DNA of 64,000 bases from an uncultured Chloroflexia bacterium (GTDB taxonomy: Bacteria; Chloroflexota; Chloroflexia; QHBQ01; JADMIH01), in contig CAWCNY010000002.1 of NCBI GenBank assembly GCA_963797095.1, forward strand, positions 10,063 through 74,062, written 5' to 3'. The stretch's first letter is position 1; every line of letters begins with the position of its first letter. Position numbers and translations under genes: made by a program. The notes under the pieces were generated by a model. The model was given only the letters and a program-made list of their open reading frames with translations, was not told where the DNA came from and searched no databases. Shown here piece by piece: positions 47,871 to 57,069 of the stretch.

Positions 47871-49106
47871 CTAAGGAATCAGGCCGGCCTTCTTCAACCT
47901 CTTTCTGACACCCATATCAGACATCTGATACTTACGAGCTACTGCACGATAGTTGCTCTGCGCTACCTCCCTGGCAAGTACCTCAGCAGGAGGCAACTCC
48001 TTGGGAACTGCGTTCTTGCTTCGGGTGCCGCTGCCGTCTTCCAGGTGCAACTCGTGGCGCAGGTGGTCAAGGGGCCCGTATTTGGCATGTTCAGCCAGCA
48101 GGTCCTCTTTGCTGATGTTCAGGTAGTATCTGCGGGTCGTGTCGAACTGCTCATGTCCCAGCGCTTCTTGCAGCGTAGCGCCCCTCATGCCGTTCCGGTG
48201 AGCCTGGGTTGCAAATGTGTGCCTGCAAACGTGGGGATGGACAGGCACCCGCGTGATGCCCGACAACTTACTCAGTCGCGTGAATACCAAGCGCAACCCT
48301 GCATAAGTCAGGGGAGCACCCTGATGGCTGACCCACAATTCCTGAAAGGGCGTGCTCATCTTCAATCGGAAGCGGTGGAGGTATGCCCATAGCTCTCGCC
48401 TAGCGAAGTTGCCCACCACTACCTGCCTCTCCCTGTTGCGCTTCCCACGCACTGTAAATAGCCCCTCGCCTGGGTTGATGTCGCCCACTTTGAGGCTTAG
48501 AAGTTCTCCGGCCCGGATACCGCTATCCAGCAAGACAGCAAGTATGCAGCGGTTGCGCTGCACGGTGAAGGGTAGGCCGAAGTTCTCACAGGCAGCGAAT
48601 AACTGGGCAATCTCTTCGTCGGTAAACACAGTCACCTGCCAGCGATTAGGCAGGGACGGCATATCCACCAGGCTGAATGGGTTGCGTGGGAGGTCCGCTT
48701 CCTTCGTCGCCCAACGAAAAAAGGCGCGCAGGCTTCGGGCGAAGCCATGCACGCTGGCAGGGGTTAATGGTTTGCGGCTGCTGGGGCGGCACACACCCCA
48801 CCGGCCACTGTCGCCTGGGTCCTCCTGCAAATAGACCAGGAAGGCCCGTATGTACAAGGGGGAAATACTAGAGAGGTTAGTTGGATACCCCTCTTCCTTT
48901 AGAAACCATCGGAAGCGCTCCAGATTCCACTGATAGAATTGGATTGTTCGGGGGCTGTGTCGCTGCGAGCGATGCTTCAGCAGGAACCCTTGAACATAGA
49001 AGTTGAAGTCGTCCGCCGATTCTTGAGTAGACTGTTGGGGGTACAAGCCGCTGCCGGGCGCTTTGAGGTTTGAGTAGCGATTCCGAATTAGATGCTCGTT
49101 TGACAT
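47871..49106 (-). CDS. int: Tyrosine-type site-specific integrase (phage integrase family)
   Basis: ATG at 49106 with RBS AGGAGA. N-terminal SAM-like domain. C-terminal catalytic R...HxxR...Y (VHPHVCRHTFAT...RYY). Confidence 0.85.
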   Translation of the reverse strand: MSNEHLIRNRYSNLKAPGSGLYPQQSTQESADDFNFYVQGFLLKHRSQRHSPRTIQFYQWNLERFRWFLKEEGYPTNLSSISPLYIRAFLVYLQEDPGDSGRWGVCRPSSRKPLTPASVHGFARSLRAFFRWATKEADLPRNPFSLVDMPSLPNRWQVTVFTDEEIAQLFAACENFGLPFTVQRNRCILAVLLDSGIRAGELLSLKVGDINPGEGLFTVRGKRNRERQVVVGNFARRELWAYLHRFRLKMSTPFQELWVSHQGAPLTYAGLRLVFTRLSKLSGITRVPVHPHVCRHTFATQAHRNGMRGATLQEALGHEQFDTTRRYYLNISKEDLLAEHAKYGPLDHLRHELHLEDGSGTRSKNAVPKELPPAEVLAREVAQSNYRAVARKYQMSDMGVRKRLKKAGLIP

Positions 49107-49223
49107 GGGTGTTGTCTCCTATTATAGGAGAGCAATAACCCCTCAGCTACTCAATTCACGCCTGAAATCGCTGTCTGGCTAGGTTCTAGGCCCGCAACGA
49201 GGTGTAATAAGGTCAAACTCGCA

Positions 49224-49264
49224 ATCCGAAGTCAGATGCTCTAGTTCGCTGAGCTACGGGCGCA
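49224..49264 (-). repeat. Exact 41-nt copy of the 5' half of tRNA-Arg(TCG) (anticodon loop to 5' end), adjacent to the integrase start
   Basis: atccgaagtcagatgctctagttcgctgagctacgggcgca is identical to 37472-37512. It overlaps the 3'-half copies only in the anticodon-loop core atccgaagtc. Confidence 0.85.
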
Positions 49265-49514
49265 AATATCATGAACCGCTGGCTCGTCCAGATAAAGCAA
49301 ACTATCGTAGTTAGCTTACTTCAACAGCTTATTAGTGTCAAGAAAGCTTGAAATAATGGGTGCACAGAAGCGATGCGCTGGCCTTGTACAACATTCAGAT
49401 CAAGAAATCCAAGAATACATCAATAGACCATCGACCTTGCCAACAACACCGTAACCAGCGTATAATTAGTAGTGGTATGATAATATACCGAATCATTGTC
49501 TGGAGAGAGCGCCT

Positions 49515-49733
49515 ATGACCAATGGGATGGATGCAGAAATGCCTGCACGTAGACGGCCCGGCCGCCCACCCAAAGAAGTCCGCATGAAAGAATTCCCGGT
49601 GCATTTTTATATGCAATCGCGGGATAGCTTGGACAGATTGAAAAGAGCAGCCGAGACCGAAGGTATGTCTCTTAGCACCTGGGCGCGTACCGTATTACTC
49701 AGAGAAGCGCGACATATTCTGCACGATGAATAG
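49515..49733 (+). CDS. Ribbon-helix-helix DNA-binding protein, paralog of 43691-43891 (Xis/regulator-like position next to int)
   Basis: FPVHFYMQSRDSLDRLKRAAETEGMSLSTWARTVLLREARHIL. Divergent from the integrase, with the tRNA fragment between them. Confidence 0.5.
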   Translation: MTNGMDAEMPARRRPGRPPKEVRMKEFPVHFYMQSRDSLDRLKRAAETEGMSLSTWARTVLLREARHILHDE

Positions 49734-49798
49734 AAGCATGAGAGCGTGCACAAGCAGGGTCATGTAAGAGTGTTAGAGCAAATGAAAGGAGACAGAAA

Positions 49799-50068
49799 TT
49801 GGCTAGTGTGACGAATCCTGATCACCGTATGATTAGTAAGACCCCCCTGAACCAGGTGGAGACAAGGCGAGGCAATATTATGCAATCGCCCTACATGTTC
49901 AGGAATCTGCCTGGAGAATTGCGTCGTTTGCAGGCATTCGTACAAGATGTGCGCGTTATGTTGGGCGAGGATGTGCCCGCCCTTATTACGGAAGTGAAGC
50001 ACCTGCGCCAGGAGAACAAGCGGCTGGAAGCAAGGTTAGAAGCACTAGAGAACCATAATCAGCAATAA
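49799..50068 (+). CDS. Hypothetical small protein with a C-terminal coiled coil
   Basis: 89 aa ORF ending KHLRQENKRLEARLEALENHNQQ. Confidence 0.3.
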   Translation: MASVTNPDHRMISKTPLNQVETRRGNIMQSPYMFRNLPGELRRLQAFVQDVRVMLGEDVPALITEVKHLRQENKRLEARLEALENHNQQ

Positions 50069-50116
50069 TCTTAGCAATCTCTCTCCTAACCCCTGATAAC
50101 CTATATTTTCTGAATC

Positions 50117-53100
50117 TTAGATGGCACCCACGGCCAGCAGAGTCACGATGGTCGCGGCAAAGAGGAAAACCGCCAGCCACAGCGGGGCATTCCTCCTGTA
50201 TAAGGTCCATCCATCCGCCGGTGGCTCGGAAACCGATGTGAACGCCAGCACCAGCATAGTAGCGAACAGGCCGAGTCGCATGCTGGGCCAACCCATAAGC
50301 CAATAGATAACCCCAAAGACCACGGCCAGCGCCAGGTTAGCCAGCGTGCCCGCAAACATGATGCGCGCCGCCGGGCTGAGGTTGAACCAACCGCTCCCAC
50401 GCACAGAAACCACGCTTGAGGAGCCAACAGGAACCGCTTCGAGCGCCGGTGCATCGCCCGTATCGGCTGCCGCTTCGGTCTGCACCTCATATAGAAGGTC
50501 GCTCTCTTCGGCGGTGCGTGCTTTCCTGATATTGCCGCCGCCCTCAGTTGCTTGCATGCCGCCGTCTGCTGTGGTCAGGCGCGTGACGTTCTGCCAGCCG
50601 TACATGAAGCCGAATGGTATGCTCACGATACCGAGCAATATACCCATAGGCCAGATATGGTGGAGGGTGGATGCACCTGCCTTCCCTGCCACCCAGCGCT
50701 GGGCAGCCTCATTCACGCCGAAGGCCAGCAGAGCCATCACGAAGGCTACTGGAAGGAACACCAGTGCTACCTCCCACGAACCATGCCCGGCGGCCCAGGC
50801 CAACCCTAACATCCCTATCACAGCGGGTATCAGGATCGAAGTCAGCAAGGCGTTTCTTGTCGCACTGCCCGGCGACACAAGGCGTGGGAAGACAGTCTTG
50901 AGCCTGACATCCAGGAGCACGGCCAGGCGGCCTATTACCCCCCTTGTCGGGATCAACCCCATGCGATTGGTCATACGGTCGTTGCCGACCAGGGTGTGGA
51001 GGAGAAGTAACAACAGGATCGGAAGCGCTCCTGCCTTCACCCAGAAATCGAGCGCAGGCGCGTCGGAGGCGGGCAGAATGTCGCGCTCGTCGTAACGCAG
51101 GTTGTAGCCCCAGCGCAGGCTGTCCGGGCCGATAGCCTTGATAGCAGAGGCCTGGGCATCTTCGGCCGTAAAAAAGTTGCCGATACCTGCTTTGTAAGCA
51201 GCCGCGGCCAGGTTGTGATCTCCCAGCACGTAAGCCGGGCTGGCTTTGCCCGCAAGCTCAAGATAAGCCTGGGCTGCCGGATTACCCATCTGCGAATAGA
51301 GCACACCCAGGTTGTTCCAGGCCGGGGCCAGCGCCGGGGAGAGAAGATAAGCTTGCTTGTAGCGGAAAACAGCTTGCGAAAGGTCGCCGCCGGGGGCGCG
51401 CCGTAATGCATCGCCTGTTCGGAGAGCTATAATAGCCGGAACCGGCGTGCCATTGCCCATCCAAAGTGGGCGTCCCACACCGCTGAAGTTCTCGGCATCT
51501 TGCAGGTTGAGGATTATGCCTGCCACGCGGTATGCATTGGCGGCTTCCTTCTCCTGGCCGCCCGCTTCAAGGAGGAGAGCGCCCTGGTATAGCAGTTCTC
51601 CGGCGTCCACGTCGTTCGACACGGTGGGCGAGATGGTTACCGGGTCATATCCTCCCGCCTTCAAGACATTGATGCCGTCAGTGGTGGTCTTACCGGATGC
51701 GAGCGCCGATGCGCGTGCCTGGCCCGCCAGGGCGGCCGCACGACCGGGTTGCCCGGCACCCAGGCCGTCCAGCAGAGCCCATGCCTTGCCGTAAGTATCG
51801 GCGGCTTTCGAATAAAGGGCAGCGGAAGCGTCGCCCGTAACGGCCTGGGCAGCCGCCTCGTATGCGTAACCGCCATACAGGTAGAGCAGTCCGCCCACTG
51901 CGGCGGGTTGGCTGTCAGCACCGGCAGTGATATTGGTCACGAGGCTATCGATCAGGTCGGACTTATTCTGCTTGCTCCATGCCATAGCGCGCACAAGATG
52001 GGCGTCCATGGTTTCCTGGGCAGCATCGCGGGCCGCTAGAGAGGCAGTGGTGGTGAGAACGGTGTTTGCCACGCTCACCATATCACCAGCAGAGAGGTCT
52101 TTTGCCAGGATACGAAGGGCGGTCTCGGATTGGGCCAGCGCGCCATCTGTATCGCCACGGGCGAGGAGAGATTGCGAGTAGGAAATGAGAAGAGGCGCGT
52201 CGTCCTGGCCGTTGATCGAGAGGGCCGTCTGGTACTCACTCTGAGCTTCCGATTCGCGGCCCAGGAAACTCAATAGGCGCCCGCGGTCGTGGTGGATGCG
52301 CCCTTGAAAATCTTTGGCAAGCCCGCCGGAGGAAGCCAGGGCAGCCATATCGCTCAGCATGCGCTCGTAGGCGTGCTGCTCAAGGCCCAGGCGGAGCCAT
52401 TTGCGATAAAGGTTGTAGGTGGCCTTGCCGGAGAAGAGAGCGTCGTAGTAGGTCTTGTAGGCGGTGGCCGGGTCGCGCCGTGCCCACTGTGCGTCGCCTA
52501 GAGCTTCCTGTGCCAGGTCTCGCGCTTCGTAAAAGGAGTTCGCCACGTTCTCAGCCGCATCGGGTGCCAGCTGCGCCGTAACGACCTGGTTGAGAAGCGT
52601 TATCGCCTCATCAGGCTCGCCCATCCTGAGGGCAGAGAGCCCCATCCAGAACCGGATAAGCGCGAAATCCTTGGTTTCATCCTTGTCAACCACGGTGCGC
52701 ATAGCTTCGTAAGCCGACAGGTAGTTGCCCGTAAGGAAGTTGGCGAGACCCCAGTTATAGGTGTACTGCCATACATCCGGGTTGTCGTTCGCGGCCTGCT
52801 GGAAGCCTAAGACCGCCTCACGCTCGCGATTGTATCGGATCTCAAGCGTGCTTGATGTGAGCGATACAAGCATGCTCAGCATAGCAAGGCCATTTTGGGC
52901 CTTATCGGTGTCATCCATATCCTGATACGTTATCGCCAGCGAATTTAGCTTGGTACGGTCGGGGTTGGCCTCAAGACCCGAGTTTTTCACTCGGATTTCC
53001 AGGCTACCCGTGCTTGAGGCAAATACCTGGCCGACGATAGCACGGCGTGCTTCCTGGCTGGAAGGCTCGAAGTTGAGCACATCGCTCACATCGGGCCATG

Positions 53101-53476
53101 CCAATTCGAGGTTCTCCTGGTTGCGCTCAATCACCGTCTTATAAGGAAAGATCATGCTCTCCAGGTCTTTGCTCGTAACCCCTGTGATAACCGAGTTGGT
53201 GCCATCCACTCGCGGGGTGAGCAAAGGGGTCGGGTTGGAAGCCTGGGTAGATAATGGAGCAAAGAGAGTCAGCAGTATCAGGAGCACAAGACCCCCCGAC
53301 GCCACCATGCGATGCGACTCGATGAAGGATTTCGCTAGCCTCGAACCGCGGGCCGTCTGAGAGGTCCTGCTTTGGGCAGTGATATTGGCCCCTTGTTTCT
53401 TGCCGTCCGCAGGCTGCTTGCCTGCGGATGTTGTTCGTCCGGCGGTGGGGCGTCGTTGAGTATTAGGTCTGGACAT
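50117..53476 (-). CDS. Large membrane-anchored TPR-repeat protein: N-terminal TM, about 800 aa TPR-like helical repeats, C-terminal polytopic membrane domain
   Basis: 1119 aa. N-terminal hydrophobic segment LVLLILLTLFAPL, repetitive A/L/Y-rich helical repeats, and 6 or more C-terminal hydrophobic helices. ATG overlaps the upstream stop (TAATG). Confidence 0.55.
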   Translation of the reverse strand: MSRPNTQRRPTAGRTTSAGKQPADGKKQGANITAQSRTSQTARGSRLAKSFIESHRMVASGGLVLLILLTLFAPLSTQASNPTPLLTPRVDGTNSVITGVTSKDLESMIFPYKTVIERNQENLELAWPDVSDVLNFEPSSQEARRAIVGQVFASSTGSLEIRVKNSGLEANPDRTKLNSLAITYQDMDDTDKAQNGLAMLSMLVSLTSSTLEIRYNREREAVLGFQQAANDNPDVWQYTYNWGLANFLTGNYLSAYEAMRTVVDKDETKDFALIRFWMGLSALRMGEPDEAITLLNQVVTAQLAPDAAENVANSFYEARDLAQEALGDAQWARRDPATAYKTYYDALFSGKATYNLYRKWLRLGLEQHAYERMLSDMAALASSGGLAKDFQGRIHHDRGRLLSFLGRESEAQSEYQTALSINGQDDAPLLISYSQSLLARGDTDGALAQSETALRILAKDLSAGDMVSVANTVLTTTASLAARDAAQETMDAHLVRAMAWSKQNKSDLIDSLVTNITAGADSQPAAVGGLLYLYGGYAYEAAAQAVTGDASAALYSKAADTYGKAWALLDGLGAGQPGRAAALAGQARASALASGKTTTDGINVLKAGGYDPVTISPTVSNDVDAGELLYQGALLLEAGGQEKEAANAYRVAGIILNLQDAENFSGVGRPLWMGNGTPVPAIIALRTGDALRRAPGGDLSQAVFRYKQAYLLSPALAPAWNNLGVLYSQMGNPAAQAYLELAGKASPAYVLGDHNLAAAAYKAGIGNFFTAEDAQASAIKAIGPDSLRWGYNLRYDERDILPASDAPALDFWVKAGALPILLLLLLHTLVGNDRMTNRMGLIPTRGVIGRLAVLLDVRLKTVFPRLVSPGSATRNALLTSILIPAVIGMLGLAWAAGHGSWEVALVFLPVAFVMALLAFGVNEAAQRWVAGKAGASTLHHIWPMGILLGIVSIPFGFMYGWQNVTRLTTADGGMQATEGGGNIRKARTAEESDLLYEVQTEAAADTGDAPALEAVPVGSSSVVSVRGSGWFNLSPAARIMFAGTLANLALAVVFGVIYWLMGWPSMRLGLFATMLVLAFTSVSEPPADGWTLYRRNAPLWLAVFLFAATIVTLLAVGAI

Positions 53477-54393
53477 TATGGAGTCTCCACCGGAATGTAT
53501 TTAGAGCCGTCCCAGCGCCAGGTCTGTACACCTGCCACATTATCAGCAATGACCTCCCACTTGCCGTCCTCGTCAAGGTCGGCCATATTCACATCCAGGT
53601 CGGCATCGAAGACCGCGTCCTGCTCAGGGCCGCCACCTGCGGGAACCATGCGAAGTGGCTCACCTGCGTGGGTATCTTTGTTCCACTTGAATAGTTGGAG
53701 ATGGGCCGCTCCATCGAGGGTGGTAGTGCGAAGCGCTAGAACACGGTCAGAGGTGCCAAGAAGCGTGTTGCCGTTCCACCCTCCGGGTTGGTTGGCCGAT
53801 GGAATCAGGCGCGCTACACCTGAGATTGGCACCGATTGCCAGGCAAGGTTCCACTCCCGATAAACAGGGTCCCAGGAGCCAACACCCAGGGCGCTGGTGA
53901 CTTCTTCCGTTAATGGGTGAGTCACTCCCAGGCGCGACTCTGTGATGGTGAGCAGGACATTGTCAACCGCCGCGCCATCCAGGGGTAGTTTATCGCTCTT
54001 GGCTACAAGGTTGCCCGCTGTGACGAAGCCAAAGATGGTCAGGTTGGCATATGGGTCGGCAGGCGGCGGGCCTGTAGGCGTGGGACGGGGTGTGGGCGTC
54101 CCAGGTGTTTCCGTGGGAACGGTCGTTCCCGTGGTAACCTCGGTGGCGCTGACCGGCTCCTCGCCGCTCACGGTGGCAGTCATGATGGGAGTGCCGATAA
54201 TTGCCGTGGCGGTAGTGGTGGGTTGAGCATCGGTTGAAGTGGTAGATGTAGGCTCAACCTGGGCCTGCATCGAAGCCGGGGCAGATTGCGGCGAACAGGC
54301 CGCAATCACAAGAGGCAAGGCAAACAGTAAAGCGCACAGCGTCATCAGGAGCCATAGAGGGCGGGTTCCGTGCGCCTTTTTAGTATGTGACAT
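53476..54393 (-). CDS. Lipoprotein with a Thr/Pro-rich linker (envelope operon)
   Basis: Signal peptide plus lipobox LVIAAC, then a T/P-rich low-complexity region and a globular C-terminal domain. Confidence 0.5.
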   Translation of the reverse strand: MSHTKKAHGTRPLWLLMTLCALLFALPLVIAACSPQSAPASMQAQVEPTSTTSTDAQPTTTATAIIGTPIMTATVSGEEPVSATEVTTGTTVPTETPGTPTPRPTPTGPPPADPYANLTIFGFVTAGNLVAKSDKLPLDGAAVDNVLLTITESRLGVTHPLTEEVTSALGVGSWDPVYREWNLAWQSVPISGVARLIPSANQPGGWNGNTLLGTSDRVLALRTTTLDGAAHLQLFKWNKDTHAGEPLRMVPAGGGPEQDAVFDADLDVNMADLDEDGKWEVIADNVAGVQTWRWDGSKYIPVETP

Positions 54394-54542
54394 ATTAGAG
54401 TCGCTCTGCTCCAATCAGGTGATATTCCAGGCAGTTCGGTAGCGAGTACAATCGGACCATTGTACCATGCCTGCGTCGGGGCGTGCAAGGCAACGCCGAC
54501 TGCGCAATCAATGCGGTCGCTATTCAAGTATCTTATCTAGTG

Positions 54543-56141
54543 TTAAGTACCCACCGTCAGCGGTTGCGGTTCAATCAGTAGGCGGCGGGCGGCCAGTGTC
54601 ATGCCTGCGGTCAGCCAGAGTAGAGCGGCCATGTGGGGGAATTCTATATTGAAGTAGTAGTGGTCTACCAGGCCAACGACCAGTGCCCCCAGGATCGCAG
54701 CAGTGCCGCCCAGCAGGGCCATATCGAGAATGGACCAATCCGTTAGTCGATGTGTCGTCTGTGGGGTATCTACTCTGCCAGGGCTGCCGTCTTCCGGTGC
54801 GTCCTGTGGTCCGGTAGCGATGCGACGCCCTTTTGCAGCAGAGTGGCTTATTGCGGGAATGGTAGCCAGGAAGAAAGCAATAATGACCGCGATGAACAGG
54901 GCCAGGGCGAGGAGACCTGCGCGCTCGGCTATAGTGAGGTAAATGCTTGAAACGCCCGTGGTCAGATCAAGCTCGCCCGCAGTGCCGAAACCCACCCCGA
55001 AGGCAGGGTAGCGCCCGATGATATCGAGCGCGTTGCGGTATTCGGCCAGGCGCATAAGGCTTGCCTGGTCTTCGAATTGTAAGCCCAGCAACAGGCGGGC
55101 GAAATAGCCGCTGCCCAGGCCAAAGATGAGGAGGGCCGCGCCAAAGGCAATACCCCAGCCCCACAACCGTCGATAGCGCAGAGTAGCGACCAGCATTCCG
55201 GCTGCCACCACGCCTATGAGAGCCGAGCGGGAATTGGTAAGGACCAGCGCGATTATGTCAACCAACAGGAGTCCGCCCAGCAGCCACCTGGGTAGAGGGG
55301 GCTTGCGTGAGAGGAGAGCCACGCCCGTCAAGACGGTGATCACCACCAACAGACCCCCAAATGAGTTGGGGTCAACCTGGGTTCCAACGGCCCGCTCGCC
55401 AAGGGCGGGGTTGTCTTCTATGTAACGCACCACTCGGTCGGTGGGGTAGCCGATCACGCTCAAGCGAGATAGCAGGGAGGTAGCGAGGGCATCGGGGAGC
55501 CGCCACAGCACAACACCCATCGCGGCCTGCAACCCTCCTGATAGGATGAGGGCGCGCAAGACCAGGGTGATTGAGCCGGTATCGCGCAATAGATTGGTGG
55601 CAGCAAAGAAGATCCCTATGGCAAGCAGCAGCTTGACGTAGTTATGAACCACATCCGTACCGGCATCGCGCTCCAGGCCCAGCACAAAGGCGAAGGCAGT
55701 GGCTCCCAAAAAGAGGATGAGCAATAGATCGAGCGGGGTGCGCACCATGCCCGTACCCTCTTCTGCCTGTGTGCCGGAAAGGGCGCGCAGGAGCCACGCC
55801 ATGTAGAGCAGCAGAAGGGCAACTTCCAGGAGAGTGGGGGTGAATACCGCCAGGCGTACCGGAAGAGCGGCATAGGGCAAGAGTGTTACAGTTCCTGCCA
55901 CCAGAAGAATATCGGCTTGAGGACGGGTAGCAAGCCAGGGCAACGCGACAAGAGCCAGCACGACCACAAACGGGATGAGCGGGTTGCCCGCGACAATCGC
56001 TAACCCACCCGCAATGCCCAGGCCTATAGCAAGAAGCGCCAGCGCGAGTTGCCGGAAGAGAGTATTGTCCTGCAAACGTGAATTCTGTATCATAGTGAGT
56101 AGAGACACTATCAGTTTAGCATAAGACGAAGTACCGGGCAT
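54543..56141 (-). CDS. O-antigen ligase/polymerase-family (Wzy_C) integral membrane protein
   Basis: 10 or more TM helices and an LTNSRSALIG loop typical of O-antigen ligase/Wzy family proteins. Confidence 0.6.
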   Translation of the reverse strand: MPGTSSYAKLIVSLLTMIQNSRLQDNTLFRQLALALLAIGLGIAGGLAIVAGNPLIPFVVVLALVALPWLATRPQADILLVAGTVTLLPYAALPVRLAVFTPTLLEVALLLLYMAWLLRALSGTQAEEGTGMVRTPLDLLLILFLGATAFAFVLGLERDAGTDVVHNYVKLLLAIGIFFAATNLLRDTGSITLVLRALILSGGLQAAMGVVLWRLPDALATSLLSRLSVIGYPTDRVVRYIEDNPALGERAVGTQVDPNSFGGLLVVITVLTGVALLSRKPPLPRWLLGGLLLVDIIALVLTNSRSALIGVVAAGMLVATLRYRRLWGWGIAFGAALLIFGLGSGYFARLLLGLQFEDQASLMRLAEYRNALDIIGRYPAFGVGFGTAGELDLTTGVSSIYLTIAERAGLLALALFIAVIIAFFLATIPAISHSAAKGRRIATGPQDAPEDGSPGRVDTPQTTHRLTDWSILDMALLGGTAAILGALVVGLVDHYYFNIEFPHMAALLWLTAGMTLAARRLLIEPQPLTVGT

Positions 56142-56256
56142 CAGATGTCAAGTACCGAGTGTTCTATTCGAACTTCGCCCTTCAAACCTTGTAGCCCGTA
56201 TTCAGCACCTGGTAACCCGGTCCCCGATATTCACGACTCAGTGGGAGGTGCATCTT

Positions 56257-56784
56257 ATGAACGGCACAGCACCGGCAAGCGCTGCCAACACCACCCCCAT
56301 TAAGATTGGAGCGGTGGTTCGGGTAGAAAGCAGCCTTGCGGAGATCCAGATGCTTGATGGGCAGATTGTAGCCGCCGAGGCCCTTGGCCCAGGAGTAGTG
56401 CAAGAAGTAGGGCCAGACGGATCAGTCCGTGTCCACTGGGCAGGAGCCGACCTCAATTCGTGGGCCAGGCAAGAGGATTTACTCCTGCTCGGTGATACTG
56501 CCCGGCTATTGACCGTGCGTGTTTTCGACAAGCTCGGCAGAGGCGAGCGTGTGCGCCATCGCGTGGTCAAGGGAGCGGGGCTTCGCTACAACTGGGTCGT
56601 TGAGTGGCGTCCCAAGAACATCATCCGCACCGTGCGCCCCGACGGTGCTACTTGGACCTTCGATTGGAATCCTTTGTTCCGGGAAGTAAATCCCATACAC
56701 ACCTTGCTGTCAGAAGGCTACCAACTCGACGATGACCAGGCCGAAGCCATAACGGTTGCGGAGCTTGCCGCCAACGCGAAGTGA
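56257..56784 (+). CDS. Hypothetical protein
   Basis: ATG at 56257 with RBS GGGAGG 8 nt upstream. The track ORF starts at GTG 56248. Confidence 0.4.
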   Translation: MNGTAPASAANTTPIKIGAVVRVESSLAEIQMLDGQIVAAEALGPGVVQEVGPDGSVRVHWAGADLNSWARQEDLLLLGDTARLLTVRVFDKLGRGERVRHRVVKGAGLRYNWVVEWRPKNIIRTVRPDGATWTFDWNPLFREVNPIHTLLSEGYQLDDDQAEAITVAELAANAK

Positions 56785-57069
56785 TACTGGCCTACTACAT
56801 ACTCCAAAACTCGTCACTCGTCACTCGTCACTCGTCACTCGTCACTCGTCACCCGATATTCACCTCTTGTTACCCATTCTGCAACCAGGGGAAGCGATAA
56901 TGAAGAGGTGAGCAACAGGCATCGAATGGAATGCCCTGCAGCACATAGCTATATAGTGTCGCTGAGAGCGCAGGGCATAGCCATCGAGTGAACAAGCGCC
57001 GTACAAGACATGTCTTGTACGGCGCTTCCTGCGACAACTGGTATAAGCACAGGTTGGTGCACTTACATG

